Notes: generated from the sequence alone by a model not told the origin. 53,090 nucleotides of DNA from a virus (IMGVR_UViG_3300049454_000023:1-53090), one strand, 5' to 3'; shown: positions 38,253-46,425, numbered from the stretch's first letter. Translations and numbers: made by a program.

Positions 38253-38762
38253 CTACGGGAACGTTAGGTCGCCCATCGAGAACGAACCGACCCCGAACTC
38301 GCTCCGATCAACCCCTATAATCCAGGCTTGCAACTCACGCGAAAACCTGCGTAGGTCCATGCCAGCAGGATCGAAAAGTGGGCGGGCTGGCTGGCGCGAA
38401 GTTCCGTCATGGAAGGCAACGGGGTAGGCGAAACCATCGTCATTGGTCAACGCAATTCCATACACGAGTTCATCCCCCACGATCTCCCGCAGCGCCCCCT
38501 CGCCCCCCTCCGTGGTCAGGGCCTGCATCATCGCGTCGGTCTCGCGGCCGATCACGCTCGATCCCTTCTTCGCCACCGTAGAGGCCGCCAGAGGCGCCCA
38601 GTCGCCTTCTCCCTGCGATGCGAAGCGCTCGGCCATCATCTGCTGCAAGAGGTCGACGAAGCGCCCTAGGACCGGCCGAGGCTCCATTAGACGGGCCTCC
38701 ATGCCGAGCAGGTCGTGCTCGACGGCTGCGACCCCGTCAACGTCGTAGCTGATACGGGTCAT
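38253..38762 (-). CDS. Virion morphogenesis protein (Mu gpG/P2 gpS-like)
   Basis: RF..QG...WAPLAAST..K, Y...FH.GT..QPARP. Confidence 0.8.
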   Translation of the reverse strand: MTRISYDVDGVAAVEHDLLGMEARLMEPRPVLGRFVDLLQQMMAERFASQGEGDWAPLAASTVAKKGSSVIGRETDAMMQALTTEGGEGALREIVGDELVYGIALTNDDGFAYPVAFHDGTSRQPARPLFDPAGMDLRRFSRELQAWIIGVDRSEFGVGSFSMGDLTFP

Positions 38763-38806
38763 GGGGTCAGTCTACGCCGGGGACATAGCGCCCCCGGCGC
38801 GGTCCT

Positions 38807-39085
38807 CTAGCGACGCAGGATTTCTATCCAGTCGTTGGTTAGGCAAGTTTCTAGGTCGCCCTGCTCGCTCTCTTTCGAAACCTCGCGCACCACGTCGAGC
38901 ACTAAGTCCCACGTCTCGGCGCTGACATGCTTAACCGAAGCCGTCGTGACACGCAACCGAAACTCGCGGTTTAGGTTTTCGTCGAACCCAGCGTCAAGCC
39001 TGACGTTGAACAGCGGCTCGGCTTCGCCTTCGTAGCGATGTTTCTCTAGGTCTTCGAACAGGCCGATAGCTTCCTGAGCATCCAT
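38807..39085 (-). CDS. Moron-like hypothetical protein
   Basis: Own CATAAT -10 and strong SD AAAGGAGG; inserted between neck genes. Confidence 0.65.
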   Translation of the reverse strand: MDAQEAIGLFEDLEKHRYEGEAEPLFNVRLDAGFDENLNREFRLRVTTASVKHVSAETWDLVLDVVREVSKESEQGDLETCLTNDWIEILRR

Positions 39086-39181
39086 CGGTCCTCCTTTGAG
39101 TAGTGGTCACCCGCTGGCACCGTTACCGGCCACGGCGGGATCGGATAGAGCCGATTATGCCATGGCCGACGGACGCCCCGC

Positions 39182-39658
39182 CTACCACCGCTCCGGGTAG
39201 TCGCGCCCGATCAGCGGATAGCCATCGTTGAAGCTGCCCGCTGCAACCGCGCCAGCATTGCCCCCACCTTCTTCGCCACCGGTCCCCTGGCCGCCGCATT
39301 CCTCAGAGACCGCCGAGGTGAGCGACTTCATGCGGGTGTCGAAGAGCTTTTCCAGGCGCGCCGCCGCAGAGCCGCGCGCTTCGGCCTGCTCGGGCCAGTA
39401 GGAGGTCTCGATGATGACGGCCGCCAGGAGCGAGGCCGCAGCCGTAGCGGATTGCACGAGCTGGTCGTTGCAGGGTTCGCCGCCGACGCTTGCCGCGACG
39501 TGATCGACCGCCTGGGCGATGATCCGTTCGACCTCGGCTTTGGTCGGCCGCGTCTGCTCCGTGAAGGTCCCGGCCTCGCCGCCACCGGGGATTTTGGTTC
39601 GGGCGCGGATCAGGGCCGCTACGTCGTCAACGGTGGGCGAGAAGGTGGCTTCGCTCAT
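39182..39658 (-). CDS. Head-tail adaptor
   Basis: PT.DDVAAL...F...TRPT...V...I; position after the MCP. Confidence 0.7.
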   Translation of the reverse strand: MSEATFSPTVDDVAALIRARTKIPGGGEAGTFTEQTRPTKAEVERIIAQAVDHVAASVGGEPCNDQLVQSATAAASLLAAVIIETSYWPEQAEARGSAAARLEKLFDTRMKSLTSAVSEECGGQGTGGEEGGGNAGAVAAGSFNDGYPLIGRDYPERW

Positions 39659-39671
39659 GGGGCCAGTCTAG

Positions 39672-39840
39672 AAGAAGGCGGCAGCCCCGCGAGCCGGTCC
39701 TAACATCGTCCGCGGGGCCTTAATCCCATCGAGTTCTCGCTGCTCGCCCTCGCCGGTTAGGTGCCCCTTCCCGGGTCTGAACGCCGCCGTGATTAGGACT
39801 GGCGGTAGCGCGCTGGGGAACGTGGGAACCGCGTTGCACC
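39672..39840 (-). ncRNA. Candidate structured ncRNA (RNA-C) with kissing loops
   Basis: Promoter TTGCGT-N17-TATAAG at 39845-39873; two hairpins with complementary loops GUCCUAA/UUAGGAC. Confidence 0.5.
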
Positions 39841-39855
39841 CCTTCTTATATGCGC

Positions 39856-39936
39856 CTATCTTACAAAACGCAAGCCAACCGCGCAAGGCGGGGCGATCAT
39901 CGGGGAGAAGGTCGCCTCGGCCATGAGGCCAGTCTA
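39856..39936 (-). pseudogene. Relic duplicate of the adaptor gene 5' end with its promoter
   Basis: TAGACT-ggcctc-ATG MAEATFSP versus TAGACT-ggcccc-ATG MSEATFSP at 39658. Confidence 0.7.
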
Positions 39937-39942
39937 GGCGGC

Positions 39943-40128
39943 ACGGCAACGCCCCCTCTTGTTGGCGGCTCATGAACCACCGAGGGGGCGCGTATGCCGT
40001 TGTCTCGCTGCCGATCCCGCCCACCGCGGAGACGTCGCGGCTTCGATTGCTGGCAGCGCCGGGGGCCTACATCGGGTTCGGCGTACTCCGAAGAGGGCCT
40101 AGACCGGGTTCGGGGTTCCCCCAACTGG
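39943..40128 (-). ncRNA. Candidate structured ncRNA (RNA-B) downstream of the MCP
   Basis: Promoter TTGCGT-N17-TAGGCT at 40134-40162; several stems, ending in the long hairpin 39943-40000. Confidence 0.45.
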
Positions 40129-40205
40129 CGGACAGCCTACAGAACGCAAGCGACCGACGCAAGGGTCGGCCACCGGCGGAGCAGGAAACAGTGCGGAAGG
40201 AAGTT

Positions 40206-41138
40206 CTAGGAGTCGGTGCCTTCGAGCATCCAGACCGCAGAGGCGTCGAAGGCGGCGTAGACGGGGCGGCACTCAAGGACGTAAACGTCGGTTTTGCGGA
40301 TGCCCTCGCGGACGAACTCCTGCGCCATCGGCAGCTCCCAGCCGATCACGCCGGGGGCGCCAGACTTGACGAAGAGGACTTTGCCTTTGTCGATCAGCGG
40401 CGTCGGGATGATCCGGTTGATGCCGTATTTGGAGAGCATCCCATTCAGGGAGAGGGTCGTGCCGATGCCGGGGTAGAAGAGATCGAGGAAGAGGTTTTCT
40501 TCCGTGTTCATGATGATCGTGTCGGGACGAACGCCGACCTTGTCGTCAAGGAACTGTTTGAGGACCAGCGCCACGTCGCGGTGGGGCATTTTCAGCGGAT
40601 CGACGTTCTGCACGCCCGATTCGTGGGCTTCGTGCCAGTTGACTTTCGCTTCGCCGACCCGTTCCCATGCTTCCACCGCGTCGAGCAGAACCTCGATGCC
40701 ACGCCGCTGGATGATGTCGGCGAAGGAGTTGGCCGCCTTCGTGAACTGGTTGCGGACGGCGATGATGTTGTTGCGCTGTTTCGCCTCGTCGGTGACCTCA
40801 ATCGAACCGGACCAGGACTCGGGGCGGCGGATTTTCGGTTCGCGGCGCTCGCTCTCCATGCGCGGAGCCTCGGCGCCAGGGGCACGGGGGGCGGGCTCGG
40901 TACCGGCGGCGAGGAAGAAGTCTTCGGGGAAGGTCTCTTCGACGTGGACCGCGCCGCCCTGCACGGGGGTACCGAGGCTGCCAAACACGCTCTCGATGAA
41001 GTAACCCTCGTCCTCGGCGACCAGCGACCGGATTAGCGCCGGGATTTTGGTCGGCGGGTTGACGTAGGTGTCGACCGTGACCGTCGTTCCCTGGACGGTG
41101 GCCCCACCGAGCGGCTGCGCTACTGGATTCTGCGGCAT
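40206..41138 (-). CDS. Major capsid protein
   Basis: 310 aa after the protease and decoration genes; RAPGAEAP, PDTIIMN and C-terminal P...D..AV..L.G. Confidence 0.85.
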   Translation of the reverse strand: MPQNPVAQPLGGATVQGTTVTVDTYVNPPTKIPALIRSLVAEDEGYFIESVFGSLGTPVQGGAVHVEETFPEDFFLAAGTEPAPRAPGAEAPRMESERREPKIRRPESWSGSIEVTDEAKQRNNIIAVRNQFTKAANSFADIIQRRGIEVLLDAVEAWERVGEAKVNWHEAHESGVQNVDPLKMPHRDVALVLKQFLDDKVGVRPDTIIMNTEENLFLDLFYPGIGTTLSLNGMLSKYGINRIIPTPLIDKGKVLFVKSGAPGVIGWELPMAQEFVREGIRKTDVYVLECRPVYAAFDASAVWMLEGTDS

Positions 41139-41168
41139 GTTCTCTTAGTTCCTGTCGCTCGTCGTGGG

Positions 41169-41945
41169 TTAGTAGAAGTCGACCTGGATGTAGTCGCCCG
41201 CTTCTTCGGCGGACGTAAGGGCTTTGCCGACCGCGTTGGCGCCACCGGTTGAGTCGGTGCCGCCCGCGAGGGACGTTTTGGCGACCGCAGCGACCACTCC
41301 AGCACCGGAGGACGCGCCCGTGTTGGCGGCTTTGACCAACTGGGAGGCAGCGTCATGCTCGGCTATGGCGGCGATGACCAGCGTCGCCGTGGAAGTGATT
41401 TCGCCTGCGCCGACTTCGTTGGTCGCGGCGATCACGGTGATCGTGTCGCCGTCAACGTCCACCGACAGGGTTTTGCCTTTGCCGGTGTTCAGGATCTCGA
41501 CGGCGAGATCGTTGCCGTCCTCGCCCGCCTCTTTGGCGGTGAAGGTGATCGCGTTGTTGTCGGCGACTTTGCCGGTTTCGAGTTTCGCCGCAACCGCAGA
41601 GTCGGCCACTACCGCTTTGCCGTCTGCGCCGACCGCGATATCGACGGGGGGGGAGGCGTCGATTGCCTCGCCAGCCTCGACCCAAGGGATCGAGCCGGTG
41701 CGAACGCACTCGACCAGGAGGTCAACGGAAGTCGGGTCTTCGACGTTCGGTTTCGCGGAGTCGCGCTGGGTCACGCCGAAGGGCTTTGGGTCGCCAGCCT
41801 CGGCGTGCGCGGCCAGATAGCTGCGGTCGGCGCCGTAGCCAGTAATCGCGACGAAGCGGGCTGCTTTGAGCTGATCGCCAGCCAGTTCGCCGTCAGGGCG
41901 AACGCTGACGTTCTCGGCGGGCTTGAATCGGGCGATTTTCTCCAT
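41169..41945 (-). CDS. Capsid decoration/cement protein (DUF2190-like) with inserted domain
   Basis: PFGV...G.....AG.AI....I.V.ADGKAV...AVGKAL..A..AGD.I.V. Confidence 0.7.
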   Translation of the reverse strand: MEKIARFKPAENVSVRPDGELAGDQLKAARFVAITGYGADRSYLAAHAEAGDPKPFGVTQRDSAKPNVEDPTSVDLLVECVRTGSIPWVEAGEAIDASPPVDIAVGADGKAVVADSAVAAKLETGKVADNNAITFTAKEAGEDGNDLAVEILNTGKGKTLSVDVDGDTITVIAATNEVGAGEITSTATLVIAAIAEHDAASQLVKAANTGASSGAGVVAAVAKTSLAGGTDSTGGANAVGKALTSAEEAGDYIQVDFY

Positions 41946-41948
41946 GAT

Positions 41949-42509
41949 CTACGCGGCCGCCTTTCGCGATCCGTGGCCTGGGAAGAGCGCGGCCATGTCG
42001 TCTTCGGACACCGCGACCGGGTCGGTCGCCGAGGAACCGCCGTGGCCGATCTCATCGACCGGGACCAGGCCGGTCGGCAGCGCGGAGAGTTCAGCCTCGG
42101 TCGCCTCGGGGGCGCCTTTCAGCTTCGTCTCCCATGCGGCCCTTGAGGCCGGGGTTATTTTGCCGTCCTTGAGCGCAGCCTTCAGGATCGTCTCGCGGTG
42201 CGCGGCGACCTGCTGATCGCGGGCCGCCCGACCCGCGGCGGCATCGGCCTGAAGCTGGCTGAGGACCGTTGAGTCGACCGGCGTGGTCGTCTCCTCCGGC
42301 GTCTCGGCCGGGGTCTCCTCGGGGGACTCCTCCGGCGGGTCGCCCTCGGGCGTCTCCGGGGTCTCCTCCGGGTCGGCCGGAGCGGGGGGCTCAGTCGGGG
42401 GCGTGTCCGGCTCGGCCTCCAGGGCGGCGGCGATCTGCTCGTCCGTCGCATCCTCGGCGAGGTCCAACCGCTTGCGGAGGGAGGTCAACTGCGAGTCGGA
42501 AAGTTTCAT
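41949..42509 (-). CDS. Nested in-frame scaffolding protein (Mu gpZ-like)
   Basis: Internal ATG (MKLSDSQLTSLRKRLDL) behind a promoter near-identical to the sheath promoter. Confidence 0.65.
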   Translation of the reverse strand: MKLSDSQLTSLRKRLDLAEDATDEQIAAALEAEPDTPPTEPPAPADPEETPETPEGDPPEESPEETPAETPEETTTPVDSTVLSQLQADAAAGRAARDQQVAAHRETILKAALKDGKITPASRAAWETKLKGAPEATEAELSALPTGLVPVDEIGHGGSSATDPVAVSEDDMAALFPGHGSRKAAA

Positions 42510-43484
42510 GCCGGAATTGTTAGCGGGGTTGCCGCCCCCCCCCTTCGGATGCTCTTTGCGCTCGGCTGGGACGGTCTGCTCGCGGGCCGCAAACGCTTTC
42601 AGGGTGCGGCCTGAGTCGGGCGCGGTCTGAGCGGCGGCGCTGAGGACGGCTGCGGCCTCTGGGGCGGGCTGGAAGGTCTGTAGGACGCGCTCCGGCTCGC
42701 CGAAGGTGATGGTCTGGTCGCCGTCGGTCTGGATCGGGACGCGCCACAGGGAGCCTTCGTCGTCGTCGGCGATGATCACGTTCGGGTCGACGCGGACGGC
42801 TCGCGCCCACCACCAGTAGCGGTCGTCGGTGCAGAACTCGGCGTAGAAGGTGTCGATCACTTTGTCGACATCGGCCTCTAGGGAGACGGCGGTTGGCACG
42901 GCCCCCATGCTGACAGCGATGGGAACCCCCCCGGCCTCGGGATCGCCGGTGACGATCACGCCCGCACCCTCGCTGAGTCGGAACTGCAAGTCCTCCAGAT
43001 CCTTCACCGCTGGCGCCTGGACGCCGAGCAGGGCGCAGCCCGTGAGGACGAAGCTGTAGTGCTTGCCGCCGGGGGTCTCTACGTCCCAGCGGGCTTCGAG
43101 TTTGCCGCCCGCGCCCTCGCTGATTTCGTAGGCACCCTCGATTGAGCGCGACGGGTAGAAGGCCGGTGCGCCTTCGGCGAGCCACTTCGGCATGTAGACG
43201 TAGTCGCCCATCGCCGTGGCGCCGTCGTTGACGAGGCGCATGTTGGCAATTGAGCCGAAGGCCGGTTCGCCGTCGAAGAAGGGATCGTGGCCGGGGTCGT
43301 CCGGTTCAGCGAAGCGTGGGTCCGTGTGGCCGATCTTCAGCCGCGCAGGCGTGATCAGCGTGTCTTCCCCGGCGCGCACGCAGTCGGCGATGTGCTCCAG
43401 CGTCAGGGTGACGGGGCCGCCCGCGCTCGGCCAGGCCATTCCTGCCGAGCAAAGCTCTACGTCCTTAATCGTGACGAACTCCAT
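41949..43484 (-). CDS. Mu gpI-like prohead protease/scaffold
   Basis: KIGH, YPSRSIE and LTGCALLG..PAV.DL motifs; C-terminal A..DGKI.PA scaffold pattern. Confidence 0.85.
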   Translation of the reverse strand: MEFVTIKDVELCSAGMAWPSAGGPVTLTLEHIADCVRAGEDTLITPARLKIGHTDPRFAEPDDPGHDPFFDGEPAFGSIANMRLVNDGATAMGDYVYMPKWLAEGAPAFYPSRSIEGAYEISEGAGGKLEARWDVETPGGKHYSFVLTGCALLGVQAPAVKDLEDLQFRLSEGAGVIVTGDPEAGGVPIAVSMGAVPTAVSLEADVDKVIDTFYAEFCTDDRYWWWARAVRVDPNVIIADDDEGSLWRVPIQTDGDQTITFGEPERVLQTFQPAPEAAAVLSAAAQTAPDSGRTLKAFAAREQTVPAERKEHPKGGGGNPANNSGMKLSDSQLTSLRKRLDLAEDATDEQIAAALEAEPDTPPTEPPAPADPEETPETPEGDPPEESPEETPAETPEETTTPVDSTVLSQLQADAAAGRAARDQQVAAHRETILKAALKDGKITPASRAAWETKLKGAPEATEAELSALPTGLVPVDEIGHGGSSATDPVAVSEDDMAALFPGHGSRKAAA

Positions 43485-43519
43485 GGCCGGGAGTGTGCCG
43501 AATGTAGACGACCCCGCCT

Positions 43520-43804
43520 GTCCCTTTCCGATTCGGGACTCAGCGAGGTCGTAAGTGATGGCGGTGCCCCGTCACCGTGCTCTGATCACCCGAAGGCGAA
43601 CGGCTGGCCCATCCTAGCGTCCAGAACGTCGACTAGCGGTTTTTGGCTCTGCGCCTACGTCCCCGGGCGCTTTGGGACTCGAAACCGGCCGATTCGTCGC
43701 CTTCATGCCTGAATGCGTGCTTATTTGGCTTGCTAGAGCGAAGTTGCCGGGCGCCGCATCTGGCGGCAACGGCGGCGGCCAAGCGAACCGCGACCTACCC
43801 GGCG
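43520..43804 (-). ncRNA. Candidate ~280-nt structured ncRNA (RNA-A)
   Basis: TACACT -10 at 43810-43815; cUUCGg hairpin with a G-U pair, many stems, a pseudoknot; no convincing ORF. Confidence 0.5.
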
Positions 43805-43817
43805 GGACGAGTGTAGA

Positions 43818-44051
43818 TCAAGGTCTTGCGTCGAGTAGCTTGTCAACGCGCAGGCCCAGAGCGAGGAACGGCGGCTTGTTCAACCCGAGGGTGACGCCGT
43901 CGACCATGAATTCGTGACCGTTGGCGCACTCGACGCGCGGGGTTGGCTCAAAGTTCGACCAGTCGAGGTCCGGCGGGGTTGCCTTCACGAACCGCTCATC
44001 GCAGACCGGGCAGTTCGGCTCGACCGCGTCAACGTTGGGCGGCTTCACCAC
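43818..44051 (-). CDS. Small zinc-ribbon protein
   Basis: CPVC...CANGH. Confidence 0.55.
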   Translation of the reverse strand: MVKPPNVDAVEPNCPVCDERFVKATPPDLDWSNFEPTPRVECANGHEFMVDGVTLGLNKPPFLALGLRVDKLLDARP

Positions 44052-44395
44052 GGTGGATCGTCTCCGAACATCGCCGGATCACCGCTCGGCTGCGGTTTCG
44101 GCGTCGGCCCATCCAGCGCCATCGCGTAGGCGTTGCGCAAGCCCGTGCCCTCCTCGTCGTCGTGGTAGCGGGCGATGCCGCCTGCGGGGCGGGTGACGCG
44201 GAAGCCGACTGGCTCGCCATCGCAGGTCGGGCATTTCCACGGCACGTCGCCCTCCATCGTTCCAATTGGCTCTTCCCCGGCCCCGCCGCATCCAGGGCAA
44301 ATTTCCCGCTTGACCCTGGAGCCGTTCTTGAAGACGACTTCGCCGTCGCGCTCCAGGGCTTCGCGGAGGGCGCGGAGTTTCGGGGTCGGGATCAC
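44045..44395 (-). CDS. DnaJ-like zinc-finger protein
   Basis: CPGCGGAG...CPTCDG. Confidence 0.6.
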   Translation of the reverse strand: MIPTPKLRALREALERDGEVVFKNGSRVKREICPGCGGAGEEPIGTMEGDVPWKCPTCDGEPVGFRVTRPAGGIARYHDDEEGTGLRNAYAMALDGPTPKPQPSGDPAMFGDDPPW

Positions 44396-44622
44396 AGTCG
44401 ATCCTGCGGCGCATCCCCATATCGCTTAACCAGCCAATCGGGGACGTGTATGCGTGGGTCGGCCTGATACGCATATTGGGCGATTATCCAGGCTGCCTGC
44501 ACCTGACCAGCGGCCTGGTAGATAGCACGCACATCCTCGCGAGCATCGTCGTCGGGCGCGAGGTCGTCCATCGCCTGTGCGCAGTAGTCCAGCGCTTCAT
44601 GGGCCTCTATCAGTCGGCTCAC
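44392..44622 (-). CDS. Hypothetical protein
   Basis: GTGA coupling. Confidence 0.55.
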   Translation of the reverse strand: MSRLIEAHEALDYCAQAMDDLAPDDDAREDVRAIYQAAGQVQAAWIIAQYAYQADPRIHVPDWLVKRYGDAPQDRL

Positions 44623-44804
44623 CGCCGCACCACCGCCTCCGCAGGCCGCAAGTAGAGGTCGAACTGTCGGCGCTCCGGGACCGACCAGGAGGGGGGTGGG
44701 GGCGGGACCGGAATGTCGGCCTCGTCTACGAGGTAGTCAAAGGGTCGGGTGCGGACCGCCCAGGTTGGGAAGTGCCAAAGCAGGTTGCCGAGCCAGAGCT
44801 TCAT
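44619..44804 (-). CDS. Hypothetical protein
   Basis: TGATG coupling. Confidence 0.5.
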   Translation of the reverse strand: MKLWLGNLLWHFPTWAVRTRPFDYLVDEADIPVPPPPPSWSVPERRQFDLYLRPAEAVVRR

Positions 44805-45052
44805 CAGTCGAGGGTCCCGTTGTAGGCCATCGCACAGCGGATCAGGTGGTCGTAGTCCCCTTCCATGCACTGCTCGCGGAATAGCTCGATCATCCACGTC
44901 GGGTTCCCTTTGCGCTTTAGCGGTCGGGTGATCGCTGCCATGATCGACCCTGCGTTGCCGTCTACGCCGACCAGTTCAACCTCGGCGGGCACTAGGTCGT
45001 CGGGAACCTGAATGCCATCTGCCACTGCGTGGGTGCTGCGTTCCTCGCTCAT
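44804..45052 (-). CDS. Conserved phage protein (LVG.DGNA..I...GDYDHL family)
   Basis: Recognisable motif; SD AAAGGAG. Confidence 0.7.
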   Translation of the reverse strand: MSEERSTHAVADGIQVPDDLVPAEVELVGVDGNAGSIMAAITRPLKRKGNPTWMIELFREQCMEGDYDHLIRCAMAYNGTLD

Positions 45053-45078
45053 GCGACTCCTTTCGATTGGCTGCGGTT

Positions 45079-45118
45079 CATGCCCCGCATCCTACCGAAC
45101 TCAGTTGCGCTTTGTCAA
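45079..45118 (-). promoter_or_regulatory. Boxed SigA-type promoter with ATGAACCG start
   Basis: TTGACA-AAGCGCAACTGAGTTCGG(18)-TAGGAT-N7-ATGAACCG. Confidence 0.7.
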
Positions 45119-45285
45119 TCCGCCTGCTGCCGAGCCTGCGCCCGCTTCGCCGCTTCCAGCCGACATAGCCGATCTGTCGAGGGGTTGCGGATATAGGCGA
45201 GTTCGCGGTGGGCGACAAGCTGCTCGACGGTGTCGATTTCGAGGCCGCGACGGCGGGGGCGGTCCTTCTTTTGCCGCCGCGCCAT
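45115..45285 (-). CDS. Small basic hypothetical protein
   Basis: MARRQKKDRPRRRGLEID...; TGATG coupling. Confidence 0.5.
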   Translation of the reverse strand: MARRQKKDRPRRRGLEIDTVEQLVAHRELAYIRNPSTDRLCRLEAAKRAQARQQAD

Positions 45286-45533
45286 CAGGACTCCAGTGCT
45301 TCTCGGCCTAGCTGGATTCGCTCCAGCGCCGAGAGGGCGATCTGTGGGCCATCACCAGCGTGTTCGGGGGAGAGCGCACCAATCGCCTCAAGGGCTTCCT
45401 GGAACCGTTCTGCTTCGGTGTCTGCGCGGCTGTACCGACGCATCCATGCGTCCCGGTCAGCTTCTAGACGACGAAACTCGTCCTTAAGCGCCTCGTTATC
45501 ACTCGACCAGACCGGGTGCGCAGCGGCCTCCAT
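45285..45533 (-). CDS. Coiled-coil hypothetical protein
   Basis: SD GGAGGA. Confidence 0.55.
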   Translation of the reverse strand: MEAAAHPVWSSDNEALKDEFRRLEADRDAWMRRYSRADTEAERFQEALEAIGALSPEHAGDGPQIALSALERIQLGREALES

Positions 45534-45534
45534 T

Positions 45535-45714
45535 CTAATCCTCCGCCTTTTCGGCCGCGGCCACTTCGCGGCCTAGGTCGGCGATGAGCGCGTAGGCATC
45601 GGCGCTCTCCGGCTCGCACTCGACACCATCCTCTGCGCTGGGGCAGCCGTCGGTCGAAGCGATGGGCCAGGCTACACGGTGCCGACGGCAGTAGCGGAGG
45701 AAGAGGCCCGTCAT
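45535..45714 (-). CDS. Hypothetical protein
   Basis: MTGLFLRYCRRH...; ATGA coupling. Confidence 0.5.
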   Translation of the reverse strand: MTGLFLRYCRRHRVAWPIASTDGCPSAEDGVECEPESADAYALIADLGREVAAAEKAED

Positions 45715-45941
45715 TCGTGCGGCGTCAGGGTCCGGGCGTGGGCGGCTGCAGCCTTTAGCTGGTCGGCGAGGTTGTCGGCGTCGTCGGTGGTGAACGCCGA
45801 GATTGCGAAGGCATCGGTGGCCCGACTGGCCTCGCCCGTTTGGGTGAGCGCGAAGAAAACCTCCGCGTCGCCCTCGTCAACGTTGACCTCCAGGCTCTCG
45901 CCGTACTTGTCGATGATCGCTTTGCGGGCGCCGAAGCTCAT
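45711..45941 (-). CDS. Hypothetical protein
   Basis: ATGA coupling. Confidence 0.55.
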   Translation of the reverse strand: MSFGARKAIIDKYGESLEVNVDEGDAEVFFALTQTGEASRATDAFAISAFTTDDADNLADQLKAAAAHARTLTPHE

Positions 45942-46105
45942 GGTCGCAACGCGACTTCGACGATTTTCTCGGCGTCGCTGCTATACGAACAAGCACTCGC
46001 CGCTTCCAGCGCCATCTTGTAGCGCTCGCAGAGCGCCGCCAGCGCTGCGGCCTCCTCTCGCGCCTTCATAAACTCCTCGAACAGCTTCTCCTCGGTTTCT
46101 AGCAC
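45938..46105 (-). CDS. Hypothetical protein
   Basis: GTG start after SD AGGAGG. Confidence 0.55.
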   Translation of the reverse strand: MLETEEKLFEEFMKAREEAAALAALCERYKMALEAASACSYSSDAEKIVEVALRP

Positions 46106-46130
46106 GGCTCGCCTCCTGGTCGGTTACGGA

Positions 46131-46425
46131 TCATGGCGCGGCGGGTGGGTCAACCCAAAGGTTGCGATCCTCATCCCAGACGCGGCCTGAGGGGGTAGTC
46201 GTCTCCAGCTCGACGTTTACCTGCTCGGCAGTGACCCGAAAGTGGCTAGCGACTCCTGACTTTTCGGCGATCTCGATAAAGCAAGAGGCGCAGACGAGAT
46301 CGCCGAAAATTGGATCGCCGTTGATCGAGCCGCCGCGCATGACCGCGTTCCAGAGCGGCGACGGAGCACCCCAGATCGTGTTGCCTCGCCCGCAGCGATG
46401 GCAATGCTCGAAGCCCTCGGTCATG
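46131..46425 (-). CDS. Zinc-binding phage protein
   Basis: CHRCG...W.APS.LWN.VM...VCASCF; leaderless TTGCGC-N17-TACGCT-N7-ATG. Confidence 0.65.

Noticed and set aside
39668-41036. ORFs 39668..40024 (-), 39897..40124 (-) and 39972..41036 (+)
   Set aside because: Low-complexity shadow frames; the long one is antisense to the MCP; no RBS or motif support.
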